64,000 bases of DNA from the NCBI GenBank assembly GCA_963835405.1, contig CAWIFV010000013.1:78271-142270 (forward strand). The letters are read 5' to 3'. Shown here in pieces: positions 1 through 9,952 of the stretch. The stretch's first letter is position 1. Every line of letters begins with the position of its first letter. This stretch comes from an uncultured Actinomycetota bacterium. GTDB taxonomy: Bacteria; Actinomycetota; Actinomycetes; JAFAQI01. The position numbers were made by a program, and so were the translations under genes. Under the pieces are notes generated by a model, which was given only the letters and a program-made list of their open reading frames with translations, was not told where the DNA came from and did not search any database.

Positions 1-693
1 GAAGCTCGCTGCCCACGCCCGCAGCTGCTGCGAGACGTCGTTCTGGGTGTCGAGGACGGTCTTGCCGTCGTCGATCAGCTTGAGCTGCTCGGGGAGGGTC
101 CGGATGGCCTCCTCGGTGAGGGCGTTGCCGTTGTCGATCAGCCGCTGCAGCGCCGGGCCGAGGTCGGCGAAGCCCTTGCCGAGCTCGTCGATCATGGTGG
201 CGAGATGCTTGCGGTTGACGCTGCTGACCAGCTTGTCGAGGTCGAGCAGCAGCGTGGCGTCGTCGAGCGGGATCGTGGCGTTCTCCGCTGTGATCACGCT
301 GCCGTCGTGCAGGAACGGCCCGCCCTCCGCGCGTGGCTGAAGGTCGACGTACTGCTCGCCGACCGCGGAGAGGTTGGCCACGGTGGCGTGGACGTCGGCC
401 GGGATCTTCCGGTCGTGCTCGATCTGGAGCTCGACCCGCACGCAGTTCTGCCGGTCCCCGCACGTCGAGCCGGACGCGAGCTGCAACGATCCCACCCGGC
501 CGACGGTCACCCCGCGCTCGGTCACCGCGGCATTCGGGAAGATCCCGCCGGTCTCGGGCAGCACGAGCGCGACGGTGTAGGGACCGGGACGCAGGAAGTG
601 GAAGCCGACGTAGTTGCTGCCGACGTAGAAGATGCCCAGCAACGAGATCAGCGCGAACGCGACGAGCTGGATCTTGACGGTACGGCGGATCAC
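1..693 (-). CDS. mceF: Mce family protein, sixth Mce gene by position (MceF-like). This is the 5' part only; the gene continues beyond the window start.
   Basis: Reverse-strand translation from GTG at 691-693 gives VIRRTVKIQLVAFALISLLGIFYVGSNY...GRVGSL..., a typical Mce N-terminal TM plus Mce domain. The GTG overlaps the mceE stop (GTGA). Confidence 0.75.
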   Translation of the reverse strand, partial: MIRRTVKIQLVAFALISLLGIFYVGSNYVGFHFLRPGPYTVALVLPETGGIFPNAAVTERGVTVGRVGSLQLASGSTCGDRQNCVRVELQIEHDRKIPADVHATVANLSAVGEQYVDLQPRAEGGPFLHDGSVITAENATIPLDDATLLLDLDKLVSSVNRKHLATMIDELGKGFADLGPALQRLIDNGNALTEEAIRTLPEQLKLIDDGKTVLDTQNDVSQQLRAWAASF

Positions 694-1913
694 AGCCTGC
701 CCCCCGTCAGGCCCGCGCCGAGCAGGCCGTCGAGCAGGTCACCGGGAGACGGCACCGGCGTGGGCGACGTCAGGCCCGGCAGGTCGGGCACGTCGGGCAC
801 GTCGGGCACGTCGGGCAGCTGGAGCCCGTTGCCGCCCGAGCCCTTCCCGGAGTCCTTGGACAACGCCCCCGGCCGGCCCGCACAGCTGGCGAGCGGGGTG
901 GGAGCGAGCGCGCAGAACAGCGGCGCGGCGCCGTTGGTCAGGCTGGGGTCCCCGTTGAACGACAGGTAGAGGCCGTTGTAGTCGCCGGGGATCGCCTTGT
1001 CGATGTTGCGCGGGAACGGATAGGTGATCAGCAGCTCGAGCGAGTGCGGCAGGTTGGTGCCCGCCGCTCGCAGGTGACGCAGGACGGGCTGCAGGTCGCG
1101 CAGGCCCGCGACCGTCTGCTCCCGGCTGGCGGTGATGATCCGGGTCGCCACCTTGCCGAACCGGGACAGGTCCGTGAGCAGGCGGGTGAACTGCGCCCGC
1201 TGGTCGGCGAGCACCTTCAGGCCCGGCCCCAGGTCGTCGAGAGCGGTCGCGATCGTGCCGGTCTGCTTGGCCAGCGCGCCGCTGAACCGGTCGAGCTCGT
1301 CCAGGGCGCGCACGATCTTCTGCTTCTGGCGGTCGAGCCCGCTGACGAACGTGTCGAGCTCGTGCAGCGCGGACTTCACCGCCTGCTCGCGCCCGCTGAG
1401 GGCCTTGGCGACCTCGATGTTGATCGTCTGCAGGTCCTGGATGTCGCCGCCGTTGAGCACGGCGGACAGGACGCCGAAGACCTCGGTGATATCCGGCAGG
1501 TTCGACGTCGCGTTGTCGTCGATGACGGAGCCCTCGGTGAGCCGGCCGGTCGGCTGCTCGCCGGTCGGCTGCTCGACCGCGACGTACTTCTCGCCGAGCA
1601 GCGTCGTCTGCTCCAGGGTTGCGACGGCGTTGGCGGGCAGCTGGACCGAGTCGCGAATCCGGATCCCGACGTGCGCCTTGCCGTCGGAGGGGTCGTACTC
1701 GATCGAGGTCACGTCGCCCACCGCGACGTCGTCGACGCGGACCGCGGCCATCGGCACCAGGTCCTGGACGTCGTCGAACACCGCGGTGACGTGGTAGCTG
1801 TTGCCGCCGGCGTTGCCGCCGGGCAGCGGCAGCGAGTAGGCGCCCTTGAAGCCGCAGCCGGACAGTGCCGCGAGCGCGACGGCGAGGGCGGCGAGCCGGA
1901 TGGACCTGGTCAC
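690..1913 (-). CDS. mceE: Mce family lipoprotein, fifth Mce gene (MceE/LprK-like)
   Basis: ORF track, 407 aa. N-terminal lipobox LAALSGCG, Mce domain, Pro-rich C-terminus. Operon position. Confidence 0.85.
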   Translation of the reverse strand: MTRSIRLAALAVALAALSGCGFKGAYSLPLPGGNAGGNSYHVTAVFDDVQDLVPMAAVRVDDVAVGDVTSIEYDPSDGKAHVGIRIRDSVQLPANAVATLEQTTLLGEKYVAVEQPTGEQPTGRLTEGSVIDDNATSNLPDITEVFGVLSAVLNGGDIQDLQTINIEVAKALSGREQAVKSALHELDTFVSGLDRQKQKIVRALDELDRFSGALAKQTGTIATALDDLGPGLKVLADQRAQFTRLLTDLSRFGKVATRIITASREQTVAGLRDLQPVLRHLRAAGTNLPHSLELLITYPFPRNIDKAIPGDYNGLYLSFNGDPSLTNGAAPLFCALAPTPLASCAGRPGALSKDSGKGSGGNGLQLPDVPDVPDVPDLPGLTSPTPVPSPGDLLDGLLGAGLTGGRL

Positions 1914-3000
1914 GGCTTCACCCCCAGCAGGTCGGCCAGCGATCCGGGGCTGTTGGGCACCGTGCAGAACGGGTCACCGAGCAGCTGACACAGGACGCCG
2001 GTCGGGCCCACCGGCTCCTCGATCGGACCTTGGGCGTCGTCCTTGGTGTCGAGGGTCCGGGCCCGTGGGTCGTAGGCGAGCGCCAGGTTCGACAGGGCGA
2101 ACGGCGCCATGTCGACGACCTCCTTGAGCGCCTCCTTCTCCTTGGCGAGCACGAGGTGACGTCCGTCAGCTGGTGGATGTCGCTCGTCAGCTCGTCACGG
2201 TTGTCCTTGACGAAGGAGTTGACCAGGTCCAGTGCCGTGGACAGGTTGGCCAGGGCCGCGCCCAGCTCCTCACGCTCGCCCGCGAGCTGGTCGCCGACCT
2301 TCGCGAGGTTGCTGTTGAGCTCGCGCAGGCCGCCGTCGTTGCGGGCGAGCATCGTCGTGAACTGCTGCAGCTGTCGCACGGTGGAGAACAGGTCGGTCCG
2401 GCTCCCGGCCAGCGTGGAGATCGCCGCCGAGAACTCCTTCAGGGCACCGTTGAGAGCCTCGCCGTTGCCCTTGAGGTTCTTGGCGCTGATGTCGACGAGG
2501 CGCGGGAGCGCGCCGTGCTTGTTGGCGCCTTCCGGCCCGAGGGCGACGTTGAGCTCGTCGAGGTTCCGGAAGATCTCGTCGAACTCGAGCGGCACCGCGG
2601 TGCGGTCGGTGTCGAGGGTGGCGCCGTCGGCGAGCTTCGGCCCGCCGGTGTAGGCCGGCGAGATCTGGATGAAGCGGTCGCTGACGACCGACGGCGGGAT
2701 GACCGCAGCCTGCGCGTCGGCGGGCAGCGGGTACTTGCCGTCGTACGACATCTCCACCTGCACCCGGTCGCCCTTGACCGTGAGCTTGTCGATGGTGCCG
2801 ATCTTCACGCCCAGGACGCGGACGTCGTTGCCCTCGTAGAGGCCGATGGTGCGCGTGAAGAACGCGGTCAGGTGGCGGGTGCCGCCGCTGTCGCCGCCGC
2901 TCGCGAGCGCCACCCCGGTGCCGATCACGGCCGCGAGGACGGCTACGACGACCGCGGCCAGCAGCCCGCGGCGGCCACGCCAAGTCGCGAGCCGGCTCAT
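1910..3000 (-). CDS. mceD: Mce family protein, fourth Mce gene (MceD-like); apparent frameshift near 2150-2160
   Basis: Start MSRLATWRGRRGLLAAVVV at 3000, ATGA overlap with the mceC stop. The conserved C-terminal segment VLAKEKEALKEVVDMAPFALSNLALAYDP lies in a different frame (ORF 1910..2152). Confidence 0.7.
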
Positions 3001-4010
3001 GGCGTCGCTCCCGATCCGAGCGGCGGGCAGACCTTGGTGCCGCCGACCTTGAGGCAGCTCTGGTTCAGGCCGCCCGGCAGGTTCCACAGCACGGTCTCGA
3101 ACCACCTGCCGTTGCCCAGGACGTCGGTGAAGTCACGGATGAACGGCGCGGCCAGATGGATGGTCGCGTCGAGGTTGTCCTGGTTGCGCTGCAGGATGGC
3201 GAGCGTCTTGTGGAGGTTGCGCAGCGCCGGCCCGATGACCGCGCGGTTCTCCCGCACCAACCCGGCCAGCTGCTTGGACACCGCGGAGGTGTCGACGAGC
3301 AACCGGTGCACGACCACCCGCTGGTCGTAGACCGTCTGCAGGATGAGGTTGGAGTCGTTGATCAGCTTCGCGACCTCCGCGTCGCGCGCGGCAAGGGTCT
3401 GCGTCACGCCGTTGGTGCGCTCGAGCAGGCGCCGCAGCTCGTTGTCCCGGGAGGCGATGGAGGTGGACAGGCGGCGGAGCCCGCGCAGCGACGACTGGAC
3501 GTAGGGCGGGGTGTCCTTGAACGTCGCGCTCAGCGTGTCGAAGGCGTCCGCGAGCTGGCCGGTGTCGATCTCGCCGGCCCGCTGCCCGAGGCCGATGAAA
3601 GCCTGCGTGACGTCCAACGGGGTGGTGGTGCGCGCCAGCGGGATGTCGCCGGCAAGGTCACCCGACCCGGTCGGCACCAGGGCGACGTACTTCTGGCCGA
3701 GCAGCGTCTTGATCTTGATGTCGGCGGTGGTGGCCTCCCCGATGTGCATGCCGGAGTCGACCCGCATGCCCACGCGCACCTTCGCCCCGTCGAGCTCGAC
3801 CGAGGTCACCTTGCCGACCTTGACCCCGGCGATCCGGACGTCGTCGCCCGGCTGCAGGCCGGCCGAGTCGGCGAAGGCGGCGTGATAGGTGCTGCCGCTG
3901 TTGATCAGGGGGAGGCGGTCAGCGTTGAACGCGAGCAGGAGCATGCCGAGGATCACCGCGAGCCCGATCGCGCCGATCGGGACGGGGTTGCGCTCGCGGA
4001 ACGGCTTCAT
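2997..4010 (-). CDS. mceC: Mce family protein, third Mce gene (MceC-like)
   Basis: ORF track. Internal start MKPFRERNPVPIGAIGLAVILGMLLLAF (TM) overlaps the mceB stop (ATGA). Mce domain. Confidence 0.85.
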   Translation of the reverse strand: MKPFRERNPVPIGAIGLAVILGMLLLAFNADRLPLINSGSTYHAAFADSAGLQPGDDVRIAGVKVGKVTSVELDGAKVRVGMRVDSGMHIGEATTADIKIKTLLGQKYVALVPTGSGDLAGDIPLARTTTPLDVTQAFIGLGQRAGEIDTGQLADAFDTLSATFKDTPPYVQSSLRGLRRLSTSIASRDNELRRLLERTNGVTQTLAARDAEVAKLINDSNLILQTVYDQRVVVHRLLVDTSAVSKQLAGLVRENRAVIGPALRNLHKTLAILQRNQDNLDATIHLAAPFIRDFTDVLGNGRWFETVLWNLPGGLNQSCLKVGGTKVCPPLGSGATP

Positions 4011-5125
4011 GACCCACACGCCGGGACGTTGACGACGATGGTCGGCTTGACCCCGTTGTCCTCGAGCAGCTGGCCGAGCTGCCCGGTCATCTCGAGGTCG
4101 CAGAGGTAGAAGTTGAAGTAGGAGCCGTACGTCGCCGTGCGGATGATCTGGATCAGCTTGGTCGGCGCCCGCTTGAGGTACTCGTCGAGCGTGTTGGGCC
4201 CGCTGCACTTGTTGTTGGCGAACCGGTCGACCTTGGGGAACTTGTTCTTGTCCGTGAGCGGCAGCAGGTAGTTGGAGCAGTTCTTCGTCCGGTTGAGGTT
4301 GTGCGCGATCCCGGAGAGGTTCTTCAGGTCGCTGGGCACGTAGGGCCGGATCTGCTGGAGCAGCAGGGCGCTGTTGCTGGCCAGGTCGTCGATGTGGGAC
4401 AGCGACGCGGCGATGGCGTCCCGGTCACCCGCCAGGCCGGTGACGAGCCGTTGCAGCTGGACGATGAGCTGGTTGAGGCCCTGGTCGCGCTGCTCCACCG
4501 TGTCGAGCACCTTGAGCAGGTTGTTGACGACCCCGCCGATGGCGGCGTCCCGGTCGGCCACCGTGTTGGTCAGGCTCGCGGAGCGCTGGACCAGGTCGGC
4601 CACCGTGCCGCCCTCCCCCTGGAGGGTCTTGATGACCTCCATCGAGAAGGCGTTGACGTCGTCCGGCGACAGGGCCTGGAACAGCGGCCGGAAACCGTTG
4701 AACAGGGCGGTCAGGTCGAGCGCAGGCGCCGTACGCGCCAGGGGGATCACGGAGTCCTGCGGCTGGTCCGCCCCCGCACCCGGCTGCTCGATGATCGCGA
4801 TGTAGCGCTGGCCGACCAGGTTGAGGTAGCGCACCTGCAACTTGGTCGTCGTGCGGATCGGCACGGTCTTGTCGACGTCGAACGTGACCTCGGCGTCGTG
4901 GTCGTCGACCACCTTGATCGACTTCACCGTGCCGACGCGGACACCGGCAGCGCGGACACTGTCGCCGGCGAGCAGGCTGGTGACGTCGGTGAAGCGCGCC
5001 TTGAAGCTGCGGGTGTCACCGAAGGTGCGGTTGCTGATCGTCACGGCGAGGACCGCGGTCGCCAGCACGGTGACGATCGTGAAGATCATCAGCTTGACGA
5101 ACGCCGACAGGGTGTGTCCGGTCAC
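4007..5125 (-). CDS. mceB: Mce family protein, second Mce gene (MceB-like)
   Basis: C-terminal half of the fused 842-aa ORF. GTG start (VTGHTLSAFVKLMIFTIVTVLATAVL) overlaps the mceA stop at 5122-5124. The span is divisible by 3. Confidence 0.8.
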   Translation of the reverse strand: MTGHTLSAFVKLMIFTIVTVLATAVLAVTISNRTFGDTRSFKARFTDVTSLLAGDSVRAAGVRVGTVKSIKVVDDHDAEVTFDVDKTVPIRTTTKLQVRYLNLVGQRYIAIIEQPGAGADQPQDSVIPLARTAPALDLTALFNGFRPLFQALSPDDVNAFSMEVIKTLQGEGGTVADLVQRSASLTNTVADRDAAIGGVVNNLLKVLDTVEQRDQGLNQLIVQLQRLVTGLAGDRDAIAASLSHIDDLASNSALLLQQIRPYVPSDLKNLSGIAHNLNRTKNCSNYLLPLTDKNKFPKVDRFANNKCSGPNTLDEYLKRAPTKLIQIIRTATYGSYFNFYLCDLEMTGQLGQLLEDNGVKPTIVVNVPACGS

Positions 5126-6535
5126 GAGATGCTCACCGCCATCCCGCGCAGGATGGGCCCGAGCAGCAGGTCCTGGAGGCCCGGCGACGTCGTCGACGTG
5201 TCGGGTCCGAGCATCGGCCCGAGCATGGCGGTGACGAGCGCCTGTTCTCGCGCCCCGCCCACAGTGCCGTGGCTGTCCACCGACGGCAGCCTCGCGGCGG
5301 CACCCGACGCCTGGGCGGTGCCCGACCGCTTGGAGCCGGCGGGAGCCGCCGGCTGCCCGCCCTGGGGCACGGTGCAGCTGGCGTCCTGCTGGCCGGCGTA
5401 GCCGCCGCAGCCGTAGTTGTCCCGGGGGTGCTCGCCGGGGTAGCGGCTGTTGACCGGGTGCAGGCCCTTGTCGCCGATGGGGCAGGCCGAAGCAGTTCGG
5501 CGGCAGCTTGAGGCTCGTGATGTCCGTCTTCAGCGGCTTGTCCGCCGGCGTGTAGGCGCCGCGGTCACCGACGGGGGTCAGCGTGATGTGGAGGAACGGG
5601 CCGGCGCCGAACGCCTGCTCGAGCCGGGTGCGGTCGTAGATCGCGAGCCCGTTGGGAAGACACTCGAGGACTGGGGAGTACTTCGCGTAGAGGTGGGTCA
5701 CCGGGGCGCTGACGTCGGCCAGCTGGATCAGCCGGTTCGCGTTGTCCCCGAAGACGTCGGCAGCGGTCGAGGCGAAGTCGGACGAACCGGCGAGGAACCG
5801 CGCGAAGACGTCCTGCTTCTCGGTCAGCGTCCGGGCGTTGACCGAGAAGTTGCGCAGCATCGCCATCAGGTCCGGGGTGGCGTCGGCGTAGGTCGAGGCC
5901 ATGTCGGCGAGCGCCCCGAGGTCGTGGGTGAACGTCGGCAGGTCCGGGTTGAACCCGCTGAAGTACTGGTTCACCAGCTCCAGGTTGTGGCCGAGCGCGT
6001 CGCCCCGGCCCCGCAGCGCGTCGGCGAGGTTGGACAGCGTGACCGACAGCTCGGCCGGCTTGAGCGTGCGCAGCAGTGGCACGAGATGGCTGAAGACGGT
6101 CTGCAGCTCGATCGCGGTCTCGGACCGGTCCTGCGCGATGACCGCCCCCGGCTGCAGCTCGCCGGTCGGACTGTCCGGGATGACCAGCTGGACGAACTTC
6201 TCGCCGAACAACGTCTTGGGCAGGATGCGGGCCACGACGTTGGCCGGGATCAGCTTCATCTTCGACGGCTGGATCTGCAGCGTCATGCGGGCGAGCTCGC
6301 CCTTGGTGCTGACCCCGCTGACCCGACCGACGAGGACCCCCTCGAGCTTCACGTCGGCGGGGACCACGAGCTGGTTGCCGGCCCGGTCGGCCTCGAGGAT
6401 GACCTCCTTGGTCGACTGCCACGGCAGCGCCTTGTTGTAGACGGCGATCGTGAGCCCGAGCAGGGCAGCGACGACCGCGAGGAAGGCGACGCCCTGAAGG
6501 CGCCGCTTCACCCGCAGCCCACGCTCGCCCGCCAT
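5122..6535 (-). CDS. mceA: Mce family protein, first Mce gene (MceA-like); net 1-bp frameshift around 5370-5480
   Basis: N-terminus MAGERGLRVKRRLQGVAFLAVVAALLGLTIAVYNK has a TM segment plus Mce domain. The true 3' end is the 82-aa frame 5122..5370 (...GPDTSTTSPGLQDLLLGPILRGMAVSIS). The span is 1414 nt, not a multiple of 3. Confidence 0.7.
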
Positions 6536-6539
6536 CGCG

Positions 6540-7397
6540 CTACCCCGCGATCCGCACGGTGGTGTTGGCGCCCCACAGCGCGAGGCTCAGGAACAGGTCG
6601 ATCACGTTGATCGCGACGATGGACGTCCGCACCGCGCGGCCGACGGCCACTCCCACGCCCGCGGGACCGCCGCGTGCGAAGTAGCCGTAGTAGCAGTGGA
6701 TCAGCATGATCACCACGGAGAAGATGATCACTTTGAGGAACGAGTAGAAGACGTCCGTGGGCACGAGGAACTGATGGAAGTAGTGGTCGTAGGTGCCGCC
6801 GGATTGATGGAAGTAGACGGTCACGATGAACCGCGTGGCGAAGTACGACGCGAACAGGCCGACGACGTAGAGCGGGATGACGGCCACGAGGCCGGCGATC
6901 AGCCGGGTCGTGACGAGGTAGGGCACCGACGGGATGCCCATGACCTCGAGGGCGTCGACCTCCTCGGAGATCCGCATCGCACCGAGCTGGGCGGTGAATC
7001 CCGCGCCGACGGTCGCGGTGAGCGCCAACCCGGCCACGAGCGGCGCGATCTCGCGGGTGTTGAAGTAGGCGGAGATGAAGCCGGCGAAGGCGGAGATCCC
7101 GATCTGGTTGAGGCCCTGGTAACCCTCGAGCCCGACCTCGGTGCCGGTGAAGAAGGTCATGAACATGATCACGCCGACCGACCCGCCGATGACGGCGAGC
7201 GCACCGGAACCGAGAGAGACCTCGGCGATGAGCCGGGTGACCTCCTTCCAGTACGCCGGCAGCGCCCGCGGCACCCAGGCGAGAGCGCGGCCGTAGAACG
7301 ACAGCTGCTCGCCGAGGTCCTCGAGTGCCTCCAGCGGCCGGTTGACGGCGGGCCGCAGGAAGCGCAGCGGGCGGGGGAGCGAGACGGTGCCGGCCAT
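6540..7397 (-). CDS. yrbEB: YrbE/MlaE-family ABC permease of the Mce transporter (YrbEB)
   Basis: ORF track, 285 aa, intact. Multi-TM permease with the EVDALEVMGI motif. Confidence 0.9.
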   Translation of the reverse strand: MAGTVSLPRPLRFLRPAVNRPLEALEDLGEQLSFYGRALAWVPRALPAYWKEVTRLIAEVSLGSGALAVIGGSVGVIMFMTFFTGTEVGLEGYQGLNQIGISAFAGFISAYFNTREIAPLVAGLALTATVGAGFTAQLGAMRISEEVDALEVMGIPSVPYLVTTRLIAGLVAVIPLYVVGLFASYFATRFIVTVYFHQSGGTYDHYFHQFLVPTDVFYSFLKVIIFSVVIMLIHCYYGYFARGGPAGVGVAVGRAVRTSIVAINVIDLFLSLALWGANTTVRIAG

Positions 7398-8185
7398 CAG
7401 ATCGCCTTCTGCGGGACGACCTGGAAGTAGACCGCCGTGACCACGAAGTTCACGACGAACAGCAGCATGAAGGCGATGATCACGGACTGGTTCACGGCGT
7501 CACCGACGCCCTTGGGCCCGCCCTTGGGGTTCAGGCCCTTGTAGGAGGCGACGAGCGCGGCCAGCGCACCGAAGATCAACGCCTTGAACTCCCCCACCCA
7601 GAGGTCGGGTAACTGGGCCAGCGCGGTGAAGGAGGCGATATAGGCCCCGGGTGTGCCGTGTTGGAGCAGGACGTTGAACGTGTACCCGCCGATCACGCCC
7701 ACGACCGAGACCAGCCCGTTGAGCATGACCGCCACGAACATGCTGGCGAACACCCGGGGCACGACGAGGCGCTCGATCGGCGAGATGCCGAGCACCTCCA
7801 TGGCGTCGATCTCGTCGCGGATCTTGCGGCTGCCGAGGTCGGCGCAGATCGCGGAGCCGCCGGCTCCGGAGATCAGCAGCGCGTCACGATCGGCGCCGCC
7901 TCGCGGATGATCGCGAGGACCGCCGCGGAGCCGGTGAACGACTGGGCGCCGACCTGGCGGGACAGGTTGCCGATCTGCAGGGCGATGACGGCACCGAACG
8001 GGATCGACACCAGCGCGGTCGGCAGGATCGTGACGCTGGCGAGGAACCACGCCTGCTCGATCGCCTCGCGCCACTGGAAGCGGCGGTGCACGATCGAGCG
8101 GAAGAGCTGGACGATGGCATCCAGGCAGAGCGCGAAGAAGCTGCCGCTCTGCCGCAGCGGTGCGGCCAGGGTGGAGTGAGCTCAT
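7397..8185 (-). CDS. yrbEA: YrbE/MlaE-family ABC permease (YrbEA); two compensating frameshifts, near 8140 and 7876
   Basis: ATG at 8183-8185 overlaps the mkl stop (ATGA). The middle segment LRQSGSFFALCLDAIVQLFRSIVHRRFQWREAIEQAWFLASVTILPTALVSIPFGAVIALQ is in another frame (ORF 7873..8091). The C-terminal half ALLISGAGGSAICADLGSRKIRDEIDAMEVLGI... returns to the first frame. Confidence 0.7.
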   Translation of the reverse strand: MSSLHPGRTAAAERQLLRALPGCHRPALPLDRAPPLPVARGDRAGVVPRQRHDPADRAGVDPVRCRHRPADRQPVPPGRRPVVHRLRGGPRDHPRGGADRDALLISGAGGSAICADLGSRKIRDEIDAMEVLGISPIERLVVPRVFASMFVAVMLNGLVSVVGVIGGYTFNVLLQHGTPGAYIASFTALAQLPDLWVGEFKALIFGALAALVASYKGLNPKGGPKGVGDAVNQSVIIAFMLLFVVNFVVTAVYFQVVPQKAI

Positions 8186-9324
8186 TCGCCGGACTTCTTC
8201 GCCGCGGTCTTCTTGGCGGCGGTCTTCTTGGCGGCGGACTTGGCCGTCGTCTTCCTCGACTTGGCGGCCGGTCGGTCCTGCGCACCGTCTGCGTTCGACG
8301 TCGTGCCGGCGGCGTCCGGCTGCCGCCCACCCGCGTCCTCCGTCGTCGCCGGTGGGGCGGTCGGCACGGAGGCGGCGCCGTACCCCTCCTCGCCGGTGAA
8401 CGAGCCGGGCGGCGGCTCGATGTCGTTCTCCCGCAGCCACTGACCGGGCGGACGCTGGGTGCGGCGGTCCTCGCCGTTGCTGGGCGTGATCTGAGGCGGG
8501 ATCGGCGGCAGCGGCGGCAGCTCGTGCCCCTCCTCCTCCTCCTGGGCGAGCTCGGCCGCGTCCTTCTCCTCGGCCATGCCGATCGGACCCTGCCGGCGGG
8601 CGTTGAGGAACTGCCGGACCACGGGTTCCTGGCTCGACAGGAGCATCTCCCGGGGGCCGAACATGGCCAGGTGCCGGCGGTAGAGCAGCCCGATGTTGTC
8701 CGGCACGGTGCGCGCGGTGTTCACGTCGTGGGTGACGATGAGCATCGTCGCCTCGATCTGGGCGTTGAGGTCGACGATGAGCTGGTTGAGGTAGGCCGTG
8801 CGAACCGGGTCGAGCCCGGAGTCCGGCTCGTCGAAGAGCAGGATCTCGGGGTCGAGGACCAGCGCGCGCGCGAGACCGGCGCGCTTGCGCATGCCGCCGG
8901 AGATCTCGCCCGGGAGCTTGTCCTCGGAGCCGAGGAGGCCGGTGAGCTCGAGCTTCTCCATGACGATCCGCTTGATGTCGGACTCGTTCTTCTTCGTGTG
9001 CTCCCGCAGCGGGAACGCCACGTTGTCGAAGATCGTCATCGAGCCGAAGAGGGCGCCGTCCTGGAACAGGACGCCGAACATCTTCCGGACCTCGTAGAGC
9101 TCGCGCTCGGGGACGTTCGGGACGTCGCGTCCCTCGATCCAGACGTGACCTCGGTCCGGCCGGAGCAGCCCGACGAGGTGCTTGAGGAACACCGACTTGC
9201 CGGTCCCGGAGGGGCCGAGCAGCACGGAGATCTCGCCCTTGGGCAGGCTCAGGGAGACGTTCTCCCAGATGACCTGGCGCCCGAAGGACTTGGTCAGCCC
9301 TTCGACCTTCACCTCAACGCCCAC
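8182..9324 (-). CDS. mkl: Mce-associated ABC ATPase (Mkl/MceG family) with a long Pro/Ala/Lys-rich C-terminal tail
   Basis: ORF track. Walker A GPSGTGKS, signature LSGGMRKRAGLARAL, Walker B LLFDEPDSGLDP. Tail ...AKSRKTTAKSAAKKTAAKKTAAKKSGE. Confidence 0.9.
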   Translation of the reverse strand: MGVEVKVEGLTKSFGRQVIWENVSLSLPKGEISVLLGPSGTGKSVFLKHLVGLLRPDRGHVWIEGRDVPNVPERELYEVRKMFGVLFQDGALFGSMTIFDNVAFPLREHTKKNESDIKRIVMEKLELTGLLGSEDKLPGEISGGMRKRAGLARALVLDPEILLFDEPDSGLDPVRTAYLNQLIVDLNAQIEATMLIVTHDVNTARTVPDNIGLLYRRHLAMFGPREMLLSSQEPVVRQFLNARRQGPIGMAEEKDAAELAQEEEEGHELPPLPPIPPQITPSNGEDRRTQRPPGQWLRENDIEPPPGSFTGEEGYGAASVPTAPPATTEDAGGRQPDAAGTTSNADGAQDRPAAKSRKTTAKSAAKKTAAKKTAAKKSGE

Positions 9325-9489
9325 GCGTGACCGCCTTCCGTGCTGCGTTCAGGACAACGACCTAAGCCGCCACGGGTGACGCCCCCCGTGTGACCGCGAT
9401 CACAGAGAGAGGCTACCCGCAGGTAGTCACCGAGGCGCTCCGGCCCTCCGCGGCTTACCCCGGCGGTAGCAGGATCTCACCCCCGGACG

Positions 9490-9529
9490 CCCGGGAGGGG
9501 CGGCCCGCTGCCGGGCCGCCCCTCCCGGG
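9490..9529 (-). terminator. GC-rich 18-bp-stem hairpin immediately downstream of rplL. Likely a rplJL terminator or attenuator ahead of the mce operon.
   Basis: cccgggaggggcggcccg-ctgc-cgggccgcccctcccggg is a perfect inverted repeat 13 nt after the rplL stop. Confidence 0.5.
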
Positions 9530-9541
9530 ACCGAGCGGTGC

Positions 9542-9937
9542 CTACTTGACGCTGACGGCGGCGCCGGCGCCCTCGAGCGCCTCCTTGGCCTTGTCAGCGG
9601 TCTCCTTGTTGGCCTTCTCGAGCAGCGTCTTGGGCGCGCCGTCGACGAGGTCCTTGGCCTCCTTGAGACCCAGGCTCGTCAGCTCGCGCACGACCTTGAT
9701 GACCTGGATCTTCTTGTCACCGGCCGACTCGAGGACGACGTCGAACTCCTCCTGCTCGGCGGCGGCGGCGCCGTCGCCGCCCGCCGCGGCCCCGCCCGCA
9801 GGGGCGGCCGCCATCGCGACCGGAGCCGCGGCGGTCACGCCGAAGGTCTCCTCGAACTGCTTCACGAGGTCGGAGATCTCGAGCAGCGACTTCGCCTTGA
9901 GCGCCTCGATGATCTCGTCGTTGGTCAGGGTTGCCAT
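9542..9937 (-). CDS. rplL: 50S ribosomal protein L7/L12
   Basis: ORF track. [34 protein letters not shown]...[40 protein letters not shown]. Confidence 0.95.
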   Translation of the reverse strand: MATLTNDEIIEALKAKSLLEISDLVKQFEETFGVTAAAPVAMAAAPAGGAAAGGDGAAAAEQEEFDVVLESAGDKKIQVIKVVRELTSLGLKEAKDLVDGAPKTLLEKANKETADKAKEALEGAGAAVSVK

Positions 9938-9952
9938 TGTCTTCTCCTTGGG

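Noticed and set aside
1044-9330. Long plus-strand ORFs (for example 1044..1988, 2173..3330, 4301..5401, 5450..6610, 8086..9330) antisense to the mce operon
   Set aside because: They are Arg/Gly/Asp/Glu-rich with no recognisable domains and no RBS. They fully overlap strongly supported minus-strand genes. This is typical spurious open frames from 72% GC codon bias.
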